A stretch of DNA of 64,000 nt, taken from NCBI GenBank assembly GCA_002811645.1, contig PDIP01000051.1, forward strand, positions 83,579 through 147,578, given 5' to 3'. The notes beneath the pieces were generated by a model. The model saw nothing but the letters and a program-made list of their open reading frames with translations, was not told where the DNA came from and did no database searches. The number at the start of each line of letters is the position of its first letter. Within the stretch, counting starts at the first letter, position 1. Shown here piece after piece: positions 10,641-23,017 of this stretch. Source of the DNA: Corallochytrium limacisporum Hawaii (Eukaryota; Protista; Pluriformea). Both the position numbers and the translations under genes were made by a program.

Positions 10641-12862
10641 GGGGGGGATTCCAATTTCTTACCCCCGTCTGCTGCGACGGACGGAGGAGGAGCGTGGAAA
10701 GAGGGGAGGGGAGTGTTGTGCATGCATGACGCTAAGCGCGAGACAGCCACTGAGGTCCAAAGCGGACACACACATCGGTCCCGTGAAATTTTTTGTTTTC
10801 CTCCTGAACTTTTTACTCTCTGGGCCTTCACTGCCGTAGCACCGACCAGAGGGAAAAAAAAGGGGGGGGGGGGGTTGGAGGCAAAAGGCCCAGAATCTTT
10901 GGGGTTCCCCGAATTCCTTACCTTTTGACGGAAGAACAGTCGAGAGAATAAGAGCCTTCCAGAATAGCCAAGCTGGGGCAGAAAGTTTGCAGGAACCCCA
11001 AGACAAAGCGGGGGGCTCTCTTGACCCACCCCCAACCCTCACTCTCTCAGGTTCTTCGGTTCTTTATTTCTTTTTCTTTTTTGTATGGGCTGCCCCGGGT
11101 ATGAACTCACCAAGCACAGCGGAGAGCCGAATTTGGGTACGACCGGGGTTCTGGTCTTAATAGCCGTTTCGATCGTTCAGTACATTCAGTACTGGACTAT
11201 CGGCTGTCCAGGAAAGACTTGGTTTTCTTTTCTTTTGCCGGCTCCCCCTTCCCCCCCCCCGGGTCGTTTTTCATTTTCTCTCGTTTCCCGATCGAGGGTC
11301 GGTGGGCCCGAATTCGGTAGTGTCAGTGATACGCACGCACCAAAGGTGTATTTCTTTGTTTCAGACCCCACCACCATTGGTTTCAACACACAACCAAAAT
11401 ACAAGGAAGAGAATATAGCGGGAACCTCCCCCCCCCCTTCCCCCGGGGAGGTACATATTGCCTCTCCGCTTCACGGGAGAACGGGACGTGGGGTGTTGGG
11501 GGGGGCCTAGTAAAGGGCATCCGTTCTCATACAGCGCTGCGTCATGGCAATTTTTTTGGGTCTTTCCCTTCCCCGGATAGGTGTTCCTTCATTTGCAGAG
11601 CCAGAATGTACGTACATTGTAAATACAAAAAAGGGAATGGTGATTTCTTGGTTTTGCTCCTGGTGTTTTTTTTTCATTTCTTCAGAGCGTGATACCAGCC
11701 AGCACAGGGCAACGAAGATGATGCCCGACCGTCTATGCCGTACGGAACTGGTCATACCCTCCTGCAATTCATACACTGCTGCATTCCGTTACAGGTTTCG
11801 AGGTCTACGGTTCGGATTGCAGGGCAGTCTTGGTATTAAATGTTCCCATTCCCCGGTGGACTATTTCATATTCTGCTCCGCAGATCTGGACGGGAGAATT
11901 GCGTGAAAATGGTGACGAATCTTGTTCTCTGGATGTCGCATTGTTCCCTAGGTCTACGTCAGTGTGGAATGTGGAATTTGGTAATTAACGTGCTACATGT
12001 ATATCGCTAACTGTCCATTTGGGCGTTGGGAGTTGGAATAAGATCGCGAAGCAGTGCCGCCGGTGTTTCTGTCCGAGTGCGGTTGCCTACCGATTCCTCC
12101 GACTTGCGCTGCGGAATTTTAGTCTATTTTGTATGTAATTCAAAGTTCCATACCTGGCGTTTAGGGCCGATGGAAGATCGACTTCCATTTTGTGCAGGAG
12201 GTTCGAAGCAGGCAGAAGGAAGGCGGGGTTGGCCGCGCAGAACGAGGCCCAAAGAACTGAGAAGCCGTGGGCCCGTACCGGAGCGCTCTCGAAGAATCTC
12301 TTGCGGATAGGTGCCTCCCCTCCCCCTCACGGGACGAGAGGGAGGAGGTGTACGGTTGCGCCTAGAGAGGATAGCCACGTAGTACTGCTAGAGTTGGCCC
12401 CCCCCGGGGGGGGGGGGGTGGGGAGTGGCTTGTTTTCCATTGTGGTATCACCTTCCAAGGTTTCAACCCTCGAGGCGGATGGAGAAGGCCCCGGTGGGAA
12501 GGGGAGGGGGAGAGGGGGAGAAGGGGTCGGTGGTTCGATGTGAATATGGGCACCCTTTGAGCTGCGTACTTTCCTGTACGTTGCACGGTGAAGAGTGGAT
12601 GGATGGGTGGTAAGCAATAGACACTTCTTTATGCGATTTATAGCGCTTTTGATAATGTCAGAGGCAGATTCTGCTCGAACCAAAGCGAGGAGCAACGTAT
12701 AACAAGGACTGTACAGGTCATCTAAGAGACTGTCACTGTAACGATCAAACACGAAGTTCCAACAATCCTAAAGAACAAGAGCGGAAGCTGGTCTTTGCCT
12801 CCCTTCGTTTATATATCACAAAATATTTCAGCGTGACCGGCATTTTGCGGAAACGGATAAGC

Positions 12863-13125
12863 ATGAAGATCGCATACGTGTGCATTCTTGCGGTTTTTCT
12901 GGCGTCTGCCCCATCTGGTTCGAACGGCTGGTCCGTGCCGGAACTTTTTGGTACTGAGCAGAATGATGAACTCTCCATAAATATGGATATGGTCATCATG
13001 GAGAGTGGCGGTGGTGGTGACAACGGTGATGGCGGTGATGGCGGTGACGGCGGTGGTGACAACGGTGACGGCGGTGATGGCGGTGATGGCGGTGGTGACA
13101 ACGGTGACGGCGGCGATGGCGGCGA

Positions 13126-13159
<34 letters not shown>

Positions 13160-13429
13160 GATGGCGGTGACGGCGGTGATGGTGGTAATGGAGGTGATGG
13201 TGGTAGCAGTACCGCTCCACCCCCTGCAACCACTTCCGGGGGGGAGGGCCAAACCAGTGCCACTAATGACGGCGGTGGCAGTGGCCTCGGTGCCGGTGCA
13301 ATTGTCGGCGTTGTTGTGGCTTCCGTTGCTGTGGTTGGCGCTGCTGGTGGATACGTGGCTTACAAGAAGCGCAGCGGATACCTGGACGTTGATGGTGCAG
13401 CTGGTGATGCTGCTCAGTACACATACTGA
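12863..13429 (+). CDS. Small type I membrane/cell-surface protein with Gly-Asp repeat ectodomain
   Basis: Signal peptide MKIAYVCILAVFLA, (GGD)n stalk, TM LGAGAIVGVVVASVAVVGAAGGYVAY, KKR stop-transfer and a short Tyr-containing tail. Confidence 0.8.
13006..13205 (+). repeat. Coding tandem repeat: 9-bp GGYGGYGAY units nested in three 39-bp units
   Basis: GGDNGDGGDGGDG x3 followed by (GGD)n. Confidence 0.9.
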
Positions 13430-14636
13430 AACCCAAGTCTTGCGTCCTCGAGGCTGGAACATAATAGGATTGAGCAACCGATCATATCAAGCATGTATCT
13501 TACGCAGTCCGTTCAACATAATTAGTTCGCTTCAGGCGTTGTGAAAGTAACAGGAAAACCAATGTACCATAAAGTCAACACAATACAACAGTTAATGAGG
13601 AGATCATGGGTCTGGAACCTAGTCTCCTACAGGATCGATTCACTTGTAAACGTAACTGTACTGAATAACGAACAAAGGCAGCCGAGCATGCTTCCGTAAT
13701 GGCAAACATGCAACCATCCATGGATCCATAGCTTGAGATGATGACACAGCGATGCTGGACGACGATAAGGGCACCGACAACACCTTCCAGCTGCGAAGTT
13801 GCGGTTGTTACTACCCACCATCAACGCAGTTTCTCAACAAAATGTCCTGCTGCCCCTTCGCATATATTAAAAGTCCGTATATAAATTATACCAATAATTG
13901 TTTTAAATATTTGATGAATCAATAAGGCCCCGAATGGCACAACACCGCGCGGTGCCCTCCCAGGTGTCCCTCGGACGGGAGACCGGACCGTCACAACCGA
14001 CCGTCCCGTCCTTCCCTTTCTTTAATTTTTTTTTGTTCCAGACTCTGCGAGAGCGCGTCGAAAGTGGGGAGGGCCGGTGGGGGAGAAGAAAGGCCAAACT
14101 TTTCGGCAGACTGTAGCGAACGGAACGCGAAAAAGCCACTCATCGCCCACTGTTTCCTTTGCTGGCACCCCGTGGACTGCCACCTCACCCTCCCTTTCCC
14201 GGTGCGACGGAACAGGGAAGGAGAAACCACGGGAGGGGGGTCGGGTTTGTGGTAGACAACGAAGGTGGAGAGAGGGGGAGCGCGAATCGCGTACGTACGC
14301 GGCAAAAAGGGATAACAAAGCCCTGGCCCAGGGCAACAGTGGGCTCTGAAACGGAAGCTCAAACGGGTCGCACAGACAGACAGGCCATCCGGTCGGGCTG
14401 GTTGCAAAGTCTTTAACTCTGAATTCGGTCAATGAGTACGGGGTCATAAAATTATTCAGTACAAGTACATCAAAAGGTATTGGAGACGCTACAGGCGACT
14501 CCTGTAGACAACACCGCTTGTGAACTTAGATCCGGGTCGGACAGTAACAGTCGAACCAACCGAACGTTTCCAGTACACAGTGTAGTCGAGGCCGGGTTCC
14601 AAATCAGTTCAAGATAGATACAAGAATTAAGCAAAC

Positions 14637-15368
14637 ATGTTTTTGACTCGGTCGGAATATGATCGGGGTGTTAACACGTTCTCTCCTGAGGGTCGTCTGT
14701 TCCAGGTTGAGTATGCCATTGAGGCCATCAAGCTCGGATCAACCGCTCTTGGTATCCAAACCTCCGAGGGTGTGCTGTTGGCAGTAGAGAAGCGTATTAC
14801 ATCTCCACTGATTGAGCCTTCCAGCATTGAAAAAATTGTAGAGATCGACAGACACGTTGGGTGTGCCATGAGCGGTCTGACCGCTGACGCGCGCACCATG
14901 ATTGACCATGCCCGTGTCCAGGCCCAGGCCCATACTTTCACCTACAACGAGCCCATGAGCGTGGAGAGCATAACCCAGGCCGTCTGTGACCTGGCCCTTC
15001 GTTTCGGTGAGGGTGACGATCAAGAGGATGCGGTTATGAGCCGACCCTTCGGTGTGGCGCTGCTGTTTGCTGGGTACGACGGCGAGGACTACCAGCTCTT
15101 CCACTGCGACCCCTCAGGTACATTCTTCCGTTTCGATGCCAAAGCCATTGGCAGTGGTAGTGAGGGAGCACAGACTGCTCTGCAGGACAGCTATCACAAG
15201 TCCATGACCCTGAAGGAGGCCGAGACGTGTGCCCTTCAGATTCTGAAGCAAGTCATGGAGGAGAAGGTCACTGACACCAACGTTGAGGTTGCTTGCATCA
15301 CCAAAGACAAAGGCTACCACATCTATAATCGGGAGGAAGTCGCTGCAATCATTGACCAACTGCAGTGA
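14637..15368 (+). CDS. PSMA5: 20S proteasome subunit alpha type-5
   Basis: [45 protein letters not shown]. Confidence 0.99.
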   Translation: MFLTRSEYDRGVNTFSPEGRLFQVEYAIEAIKLGSTALGIQTSEGVLLAVEKRITSPLIEPSSIEKIVEIDRHVGCAMSGLTADARTMIDHARVQAQAHTFTYNEPMSVESITQAVCDLALRFGEGDDQEDAVMSRPFGVALLFAGYDGEDYQLFHCDPSGTFFRFDAKAIGSGSEGAQTALQDSYHKSMTLKEAETCALQILKQVMEEKVTDTNVEVACITKDKGYHIYNREEVAAIIDQLQ

Positions 15369-15794
15369 AGAAGTGAGAAAACTGGCTTTGTGCCGTTAGA
15401 ATTGTGTCTTCTCTCTTCGCTTCTCTTTTGCAATCTCGTCGTCACTTGTCCTTTTGCATGATTGTTTGGATGTCTTTTGTCTGTTGGCCACACATGTGTG
15501 CGAACCCAACTCTTTTGTTAGAAAGTGATTGATAGTACCACCATCATGATCCCAGCGGAGGAGAAAGGCAACGGTCCGGACCCATCGAGATCACGATCGT
15601 GCGAGATGTGAACGGTAAGAGAGAAACCGGAACAAAATACAAAGAACGTAGGTTTATATTGATTTACACGACTGCTTCCGTACGTCTTGTGTATGTAGCA
15701 CATGATGGCGATGATGTTTCAATTTGTGTTAGCATTATTCTAAGCTATGTTACTATGTTTGATGTTGCACAGGTTGCTGAAATGGTGACGCTGG

Positions 15795-16265
15795 CTAGTA
15801 CTTCTCAACCAGGTCACCGACGTGATCGTACTTAAAGTCGAACTTCTCCACCCAATCCTTGAGCACGTCCAATTCTCCTTTGGGCAGGTCATCCCACTTG
15901 GGGAGGCGATCAGGGCCAATGTCCTCGACCTTAGTGCTCATCTTGGCCAGTGCACGAGTGGCATCGCGGCCAGCAAAGTTAGCGTACGGCCCACCCGGTC
16001 CGTAGAAATCCTTTCCTGGGGTGCAATCATAAATCTTGTGCTTCACACCAATGAGAACAGTACCCTGAGGGTTGGTGCCATCAAATGCCTTGAGATCCTC
16101 AGGAGTGTACTTGCGATATTCTAGTTTCTTGCGAGGAGCCGGCGGGGGTGGTACTGGTTTAATCAGTTGGTAGATCAAGTACAGGCTGACCGCAATCAGC
16201 AACAGACTGACCGGATCCTGTAGTTCGTTGAGGATCATGTCAGCAAATCCGACGTTGGATGACAT
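15795..16265 (-). CDS. Membrane-associated progesterone receptor family protein (cytochrome b5-like heme-binding; PGRMC/DAP1)
   Basis: N-terminal TM, FYGPGGPYANFAGRDATRALAK, W..KF..KY..VG. Confidence 0.93.
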   Translation of the reverse strand: MSSNVGFADMILNELQDPVSLLLIAVSLYLIYQLIKPVPPPPAPRKKLEYRKYTPEDLKAFDGTNPQGTVLIGVKHKIYDCTPGKDFYGPGGPYANFAGRDATRALAKMSTKVEDIGPDRLPKWDDLPKGELDVLKDWVEKFDFKYDHVGDLVEKY

Positions 16266-17210
16266 GGTTGATAAATATTGGGGGCCCTTTTTGGTGTACC
16301 TTTCCATGAATAGCATGTCCTCCCCATTAATGATCCATATGGCTAGCCTGATAAATACCTGTAGATCCCTCAAGGCTTCTCGCGATCAAAGTTTTTGTTT
16401 TGTGTCGTTCTCGTGCCTGAAAAGTGCCCAGTGCAGAAGGAATCATTCTCTTGAGTCTTGAGTATGAGCGACGTGGCTGCAACAGCGCAGTCTCAAGGTC
16501 AGGTGCTCATCGTCCCCTTGGGGAAGTGGACAAAGGTGAGATCAGGAGAGGAAGGAGGGGCCCCACAGCGATCCCCTGAACGCGACCAGTCCTTTGGCAT
16601 GGGTATTACTAATCATCGGACTCTGGCTCAGCGCACAACCCGGGGCCTACGATTTGCATACTTATTGTCATAGGGGCACACACACAGGCCCGAGCGGGGA
16701 GGGTGGGCTTTGGCCGTTTTTCCATTACCCCAAAAAAATCAACGGTACCAGTGCCATATCACTGTGAGTTAGAAAAGACCGTATATTACTTAAGGTAGAA
16801 GAGTGGTCTTTCTTATTATTCAATTGAGGAAAGCCAGTTAAACTTAGAAGTAAGTATATTTAATACCTCCCAAGCGGGCCAGCAGGTGGTGAATGTACTG
16901 GGAACGAGGTGGTAACTGCGTCACTCGGGCCCGCAGGAAACGGGGACGTTTGCTTTGGACGACCCCTGCCGAAATCTCTTCCCCCTTTCGCCATTCGCGC
17001 TGCGCTCGCCCGATCAGCGCAAGCAAACGCGGCGGCACACAGTCACGACCCCACGACCCGGTCCCGGTTTTCCTTTAAACTCTTTTGAGTGTGTCAGCAC
17101 AACGGGGAAAGGACGAAGGACGAAGGGGGGAGGGGGGTTTGAGCGAGATAATGAAGGTGACCACCACCAACCCCCGAACGAGCAGCCGAAGGCTGGGTGA
17201 CAAGGCGAAA

Positions 17211-17265
17211 CCAGCCAGCCATCCAGCCATCCAGTCAGTCAGCCAGCCAGCCAGCCAGCCAGCCA
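17211..17265. repeat. Imperfect (CCAG)n microsatellite
   Basis: ccagccagccatccagccatccagtcagtcagccagccagccagcc. Confidence 0.85.
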
Positions 17266-17822
17266 AGGCTTTTGTATGCTTATCTTCCCCTCTTTTTTTC
17301 TCACTTTTCTCATTTTTCCTTTTTTGCCCCTTTGCTTGGCTGCCGGGAACGCAACGCGAAGAAAACAAGAGCAGCAGGGGAAGGGGGGGTTTGGGCAGCC
17401 CAGCGGTCGATTCTTCCGTACTGAATGTATTGATGATATGAAACGGTCTGCGGTACGGGTTTTGGGTTTTAAGAAGGCGAGGCGAAGAAGGGATGGGTCC
17501 ATTGCTCGTCTTCACCCCCTGAGCCCCCCCCCCCCTTTTCCCGTGTTCCCGAAAGATTTATTCCCCTCATTTGAGCTCCTTGTCGCCCTGCTGGACTATA
17601 AGAAAAAAAGGGGGGAAGGAGGGAGGGGGGACGGGAAGGGAAGAGTAAAAAAGAAAAAGGGCAAAGAGAAAAGAAGAAAACAAAACCGGCCCCCTTTGCG
17701 CAGGCCGGGGTGGTCTCAAACATCCGCGCTTGTGTCGGCGGCGCTTTCTTTAAGAGAATCGTTCCGAAGAGGGCGGGAGGGTGGGAGGGTGGGCTGGGAA
17801 CCGGAACTGCGAGCGAGCGAGG

Positions 17823-17855
17823 CACGCACACGCACACACACACACACACACACAC
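17823..17855. repeat. (CA)n microsatellite
   Basis: cacgcacacgcacacacacacacacacacacac. Confidence 0.9.
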
Positions 17856-18777
17856 GCCCTCTCTCCTGTGTGGCTGTGTGCCGATTGAAAAAAAAGCCGT
17901 GAAGGTTGCGCGAGGAGGAGGCAAGGCCTCCCCGGGAGGGGGGGGGGGCCAAGATTTTGTCCTATTTTCTTCATTCGTCCCGCCGACTACCGGTCCCAAG
18001 CTCCGCGCTCACGGGCTCCCCTCCCCCGCAAGATTTTTCTCTCCCCCCTCCACTTCCAAGCGCCCCCCGTCTGCGACTCTGCCCCTGCCTGCCGTACCCA
18101 AGACTTTCGCGCGGTGGAGAGAGAGGAAAACTGAAAGGGACCCAAGGGAAAAAGAGCAAAGTCAAAAAAAAAGAAGAATAAAAAATTGAGAAGCGAGATA
18201 GTTGGAAGGTGCCTGGTCTTAAGGGCATAAGTGTGAGGAGGTTAGAGCAGGTTCCGAAGTGTGCGATGGTTGGGATGGCTGCATCGTCGCCCTTCCGTGG
18301 AATGATCGCAATCCGCAACGGACGTTTGGCTGTGCTGGAGGTGAATGTGCCCCTTTCCGTATCGATGTTCCTCTTTTGAAATGCTGCTTTCGATTATGGC
18401 TCCATTCATGGATTCACGCACCAGGATCTGTAAAGTGACTATGGGATCCAAACCTGCATCCACTTTGGTACGGTATTGCCAGGTATGAAACGAACACGCG
18501 GGAGGTACGAGACGCGATCAAACCACAATGAACGAGTAGCAATCGATAGCGGTCAGGCTAAGATGAAGACTGCCGTGTCGAGCGGTTAACATGTCACAAG
18601 TGTCAAAGCCAAAACAAGCGAAACGTACGTGAAGGCCATTTTTCGGATTGCTGTCGGTAGTAACTATTGAAGAGAATTCGGAGAAATGTGAGCAAATATG
18701 CGACCATTGCAAGGGAGTATCCGTGTAAAGAAATAATGTAGAATAGTTCTGAGGGTGCACAGTCACAGTATCAGACG

Positions 18778-21114
18778 ATGGCGTTGCAGATAACACCCAA
18801 CGAGGCGAAACGCCTGGAACGGCATCTCAAGGATGACCTACGTAAACTCCTGGAGAATCTTCCTGGGTTCCGCCACCAGCGCCTTGCAAGAAACGTTACA
18901 AAGAAGACAATCATTGACAACATCAGGCGGATCGCCAACAGCCATGTGGGATCCAACATGGTTGTGCGGGGCGTGTTACTGCATGGAATCAAGCAAGCGC
19001 CCGGTCCACACACGTCCCATCACCACCACCGACAACCTGGACGGGCGAGCATACCAACGAACATAGGTCACTACCACCATCATCACACACACGGCGGCAG
19101 CGGTGGACGAAGCAGGGGTCACCACTCTGCAAGTGGAGCGCCAGCAGTACCTCAACGTGGGGTACCGTACCCACACTTCCGGGAGAATGCTTTCTATGAA
19201 CACATCAAAGAGCTGAGCATTCCACAGCGCATCAATTCATGGCAACGAACTGTGGATTTCATGTACACAGAAGACATGAATCTGCTGCAGAAGGATGTTC
19301 GGGTGTTACTGCGTGGGACATGGACGAAGAACAGGGAGGGTGTGGTCGATATTAGGCCGGACCAGAAGATTACAGACCGATTCCCCCGCCAGGTGACAAT
19401 GCGCGTCAATGATCAGCGGTACTGGGAGTACCCGGAGCGGACGTATGCAAATCATGCGCCGTTCACGAAACCCATGGACATTACCAAATATGTGCGGTAC
19501 AAAAACAACCAGATCACCATGATATTGGAAGCTAAGGAGTCGGTGGAAAATGAGTACGTGATGATGGTGGAACTGGTCAGGCGCCGGCCTGTGGAGAAGC
19601 TGATTCAGCGCTTGCAAGAGCGTCGCATGGTATCCAAAGAACAGACTCTTGCGTTCATTGCCAAGCGTCATGGCAATGATACAGAGGATGAAGATATGCT
19701 GGAATGCAAGGAAATCATCTCCTTAAAGTGTCCTATCATGTTTACGCGTATCAAGCTTCCGGCCAGAGGCAAAGAGTGCAATCACCTTGGCTGTTTCGAT
19801 GCCACCAACTACCTGATGATGAATGAGAACCGGCCCACCTGGAATTGTCCCCTCTGCCACAAAATTGTGACGTACAGTGACATGGTGGTATGCATGTGGA
19901 CAATGGATGTGCTAAAGAACACAAGGGACACAATTGGATCTGTCGAGGTGGCTAAGGATGGAACCTGGAACATAAAGGATGAAGACGTTACGGACTCTGA
20001 GGACGAGGATGATCATGACGGAGGGGACAAGGCTAAGGACGAGGCGCCGGTGTTTGAATTGTTGGATGATGATGAAGACGCACCTACCACCCAGCAGAGG
20101 GAGCAGCAGCAGCAGCAGCAAAACAATGCGCCAGGCAATGGTACTGTGATACAAAATGGAGGAGCTGGTCACAAACGCAAAGCAGACAGTCATGACCAGA
20201 CTGCTTCAGCACCTAAACGACCATCCTCGGCACCTGGCTCTACTACCAAGCGGCGTTCCGAACCAGAGGTTGTAGATCTCACCCTAGACTCTAGTGATGA
20301 CGAGGACGCCCAACCGCCACCACCGAGGCACCGCCCGCGCACCTCGGATCGCGGCTTGCCGATTCACGATAGCATCCCTGGTAGCGGTCTGAACATGTCG
20401 ACCATGGGAGAGCTCCGGCAGCCGGACCAACGGGGGCCCACAAATCGGTCTCCAGCACGGCGTATGACTACGCCCGCGGATGTGGGCTTAAACCGTATGT
20501 ATCATGCAGCTCCTAGTGGTGGCAATGATAGTAACGGTCAACAATGGACTTCCTCAACGGCAAACGCTATGCTCTACCATGCCGCACCAAACCATCAACA
20601 TGCGCCGGGCTACCGCAATCGCACTACGAGTACAGACAGTGTCGGCAGTCGAGGTTCAGCGGCTGGCTCTGGCAGTGGATCGTACCCCACAGCGGCCACG
20701 GGAAGCAGCAATACACCGAACAGCAGCACAGGCGGGGCTACCAGCACTGGCACGTTCTTGGGATCGACAGCTTTCCCCACGCAACCAATTCCAGGCATGA
20801 ATGACATGTATTTCGGACAGGCACCGCGGTTCAGTTCACGGACAAGCACAGGTGCAGTGACAGAGACCGGTGTATTTGGCATGAACAGTGGTGGTTCCGG
20901 CGGTGGCAGTGTTGGCGGGGTTCCGCCTAATGCCGGTGTCCTCAACCCGAGAAGTTCAGGAGGCGCACCATCAGCATCGAATGGACCTGGTACCCTGGAC
21001 GACATCTCGTTCTCATCACTCCTATCTGACGCAAACTTGGCCCCTCAAGCCTCAGAAACCACCTTGGATTCTCTGTTGGGGCCTGGCGATCCGGCAAGAC
21101 CTGCGAATCCGTGA
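18778..21114 (+). CDS. PIAS/SIZ-family SUMO E3 ligase
   Basis: PINIT-like region (KPMDIT), SP-RING (SLKCPI..RI..PARG..C.HL.CFDA..W.CP.C), SIM plus acidic patch (EVVDLTLDSSDDED) and a SAP-like N-terminus. Confidence 0.93.
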   Translation: MALQITPNEAKRLERHLKDDLRKLLENLPGFRHQRLARNVTKKTIIDNIRRIANSHVGSNMVVRGVLLHGIKQAPGPHTSHHHHRQPGRASIPTNIGHYHHHHTHGGSGGRSRGHHSASGAPAVPQRGVPYPHFRENAFYEHIKELSIPQRINSWQRTVDFMYTEDMNLLQKDVRVLLRGTWTKNREGVVDIRPDQKITDRFPRQVTMRVNDQRYWEYPERTYANHAPFTKPMDITKYVRYKNNQITMILEAKESVENEYVMMVELVRRRPVEKLIQRLQERRMVSKEQTLAFIAKRHGNDTEDEDMLECKEIISLKCPIMFTRIKLPARGKECNHLGCFDATNYLMMNENRPTWNCPLCHKIVTYSDMVVCMWTMDVLKNTRDTIGSVEVAKDGTWNIKDEDVTDSEDEDDHDGGDKAKDEAPVFELLDDDEDAPTTQQREQQQQQQNNAPGNGTVIQNGGAGHKRKADSHDQTASAPKRPSSAPGSTTKRRSEPEVVDLTLDSSDDEDAQPPPPRHRPRTSDRGLPIHDSIPGSGLNMSTMGELRQPDQRGPTNRSPARRMTTPADVGLNRMYHAAPSGGNDSNGQQWTSSTANAMLYHAAPNHQHAPGYRNRTTSTDSVGSRGSAAGSGSGSYPTAATGSSNTPNSSTGGATSTGTFLGSTAFPTQPIPGMNDMYFGQAPRFSSRTSTGAVTETGVFGMNSGGSGGGSVGGVPPNAGVLNPRSSGGAPSASNGPGTLDDISFSSLLSDANLAPQASETTLDSLLGPGDPARPANP

Positions 21115-21597
21115 ATGGACACAGGAGATGCGATTGACATGACCAATCATGCTGCACAAATAAAGAATTGAAACACCCCTAATTGACAATGATAACATGA
21201 GCTTCACTTGCTAGGCTAGGAAAGGAAAGAAGATTTCTATGCTAATTTAGTAAATACTCATGCAAAATAAATTGATGGAATAGATGGTATTCATTGCCGG
21301 CCGAGGAGCGAATCCGATACACATAATCAAATAGTTCTCTGCATGCCGAGTGTATACCACCAGTATGATTTGTGAAATGCTGTGTTACATGCTGTGATGT
21401 TTTGTGTGTTTGGATGTTGTTATCAATATGCCCCACTTGATACACATGTCATGGCTCTCAAGTGAAAAGGGGCGCACAGTGTAGGTGACCAAAATGCTTC
21501 AAAACTGATCCCGTTCATGTCTCTACTTGACTCCAAATGCGAAGCCTCCTTGTTTGCGATATCAACCCAAATATGTAAATCATTTTGTCAAATACAT

Positions 21598-21996
21598 TCA
21601 TGCCTTGGTGGCACGGGCACGCTGGGCGCGGAGGATAGCAGAGGCCTTACCCAGGACGGCGCGCTTTAGGTCAGGGCGGTAGTGGTTGTCCTCGAGCTGC
21701 TTAGAGATGCGGGACAGCACACGACGGGAATTCTTGGAGGACTTCTTGCCGAACTGCTGTTCAGTGATCAGCTTGTTGGGCTTGTTGGTGACCTTGTTGC
21801 GCTTGGTGCGGAGGACCACACCGCTATCACCAGGGGCAGCAACGACATCAACAGTCTTCTTGTTGGCCAGGCCAGAGCACTTGTATGTGTTGTCTCCCTT
21901 GACGTTGTTGGGCTCGACGGTGAAGGTGCGGCCGTGGCTGCGGCGCAGGAAGCAGTTGTTGCGCTTCACAATTTCCCAGGTGAGATCGGCGGACAT
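21598..21996 (-). CDS. RPL28: 60S ribosomal protein eL28
   Basis: MSADLTWEIVKRNNCFL, EPNNV, SGLAN, YRPDL..A...ASAI. Confidence 0.97.
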   Translation of the reverse strand: MSADLTWEIVKRNNCFLRRSHGRTFTVEPNNVKGDNTYKCSGLANKKTVDVVAAPGDSGVVLRTKRNKVTNKPNKLITEQQFGKKSSKNSRRVLSRISKQLEDNHYRPDLKRAVLGKASAILRAQRARATKA

Positions 21997-23017
21997 GGTG
22001 ATTGAGCTATTTTCAAAAACTATCGGTACCCGAATACTTTGTCTGAGGTCATTGTACAGTGAAGCGTACTCATATGATGATATACCTGATATACCATCCA
22101 ACTATGATGTGTTGACCATTATTAAATTGCATACACCAGCACAAGAGTGCTCCAAGGCATCAATGTGTTCTCCCATTGATTGACTATGGTGTCCTGTGTT
22201 GTGGCTATACTGAAACAAGCGCAATAGGCTGTGCCTCGATATGATTGACTAATCCGCGGAGGTCCAGGCTTTGGCCAGGTAACCCACTTGCTACTGCAAG
22301 GGGCCCCTTACTGCCGAAGAGCCAATTTGCCAGTTCATTAAGTATAAGAACCGCTGTGGTACATTATCTATAATGACGCGTTTCAATATTTTCAGTACTG
22401 AAACTTGAGGAAAGAAAATATAGAAATTATGTTACATATTGAAAGTACTGAGTCCATTCAAAGTCGGATCATTTCCATACAAACACATAGTCTTCAAGGT
22501 GTTCCCTTCAGAACACAAACAGAACACACGAAAATGGAGAGGGAAAATACACAAAACATTTGTGTGTGCTTTAGAAAGTGTGTGTTTTTGTATTGGCTTT
22601 TTCGCGGTCTGTGCCCCGTGTGCCTGTGTTCGCATTTTACACGCGGAGGGCGAAGGGCGGGTCTACGGGGCGAAGATGATCATCGGTGTGCTGAATTCGC
22701 AAATTGGGACGAGTTCAGGAATCCAAGGGTAACGCGCGATCACATCGCAGTCACTGCTAGTCTGTTTTCATGCCTCTCTTTGCGTCTGTACCAATAGAGC
22801 ATCTCTCTTTAGCTTAAGTCACAATCTGGTGCACAGCCTTCAGCTTCTGATCAAAATGGTGTTGATGACGCGAACAGAAAAGGTACTTTGGTGATCTGTG
22901 TCCATTGAAACAGAAACGTCCAGTTCATGCTCTTTGTGTTTTGCGGGTTCGTAGAATAACATTGACCACTCTATATCACACACAATTTATTTAGATTCCT
23001 TCGGAACACACAAAACC

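Noticed and set aside
10207-11035. ORFs spanning the N gap
   Set aside because: Artefacts of N translation and low-complexity G/C sequence.
12745-13544. Pro/Ser-, His/Arg- and Thr/Ala/Val-rich ORFs in other frames
   Set aside because: Alternative readings of the 9-bp repeat; only the GGD frame has a signal peptide, TM segment and tail.
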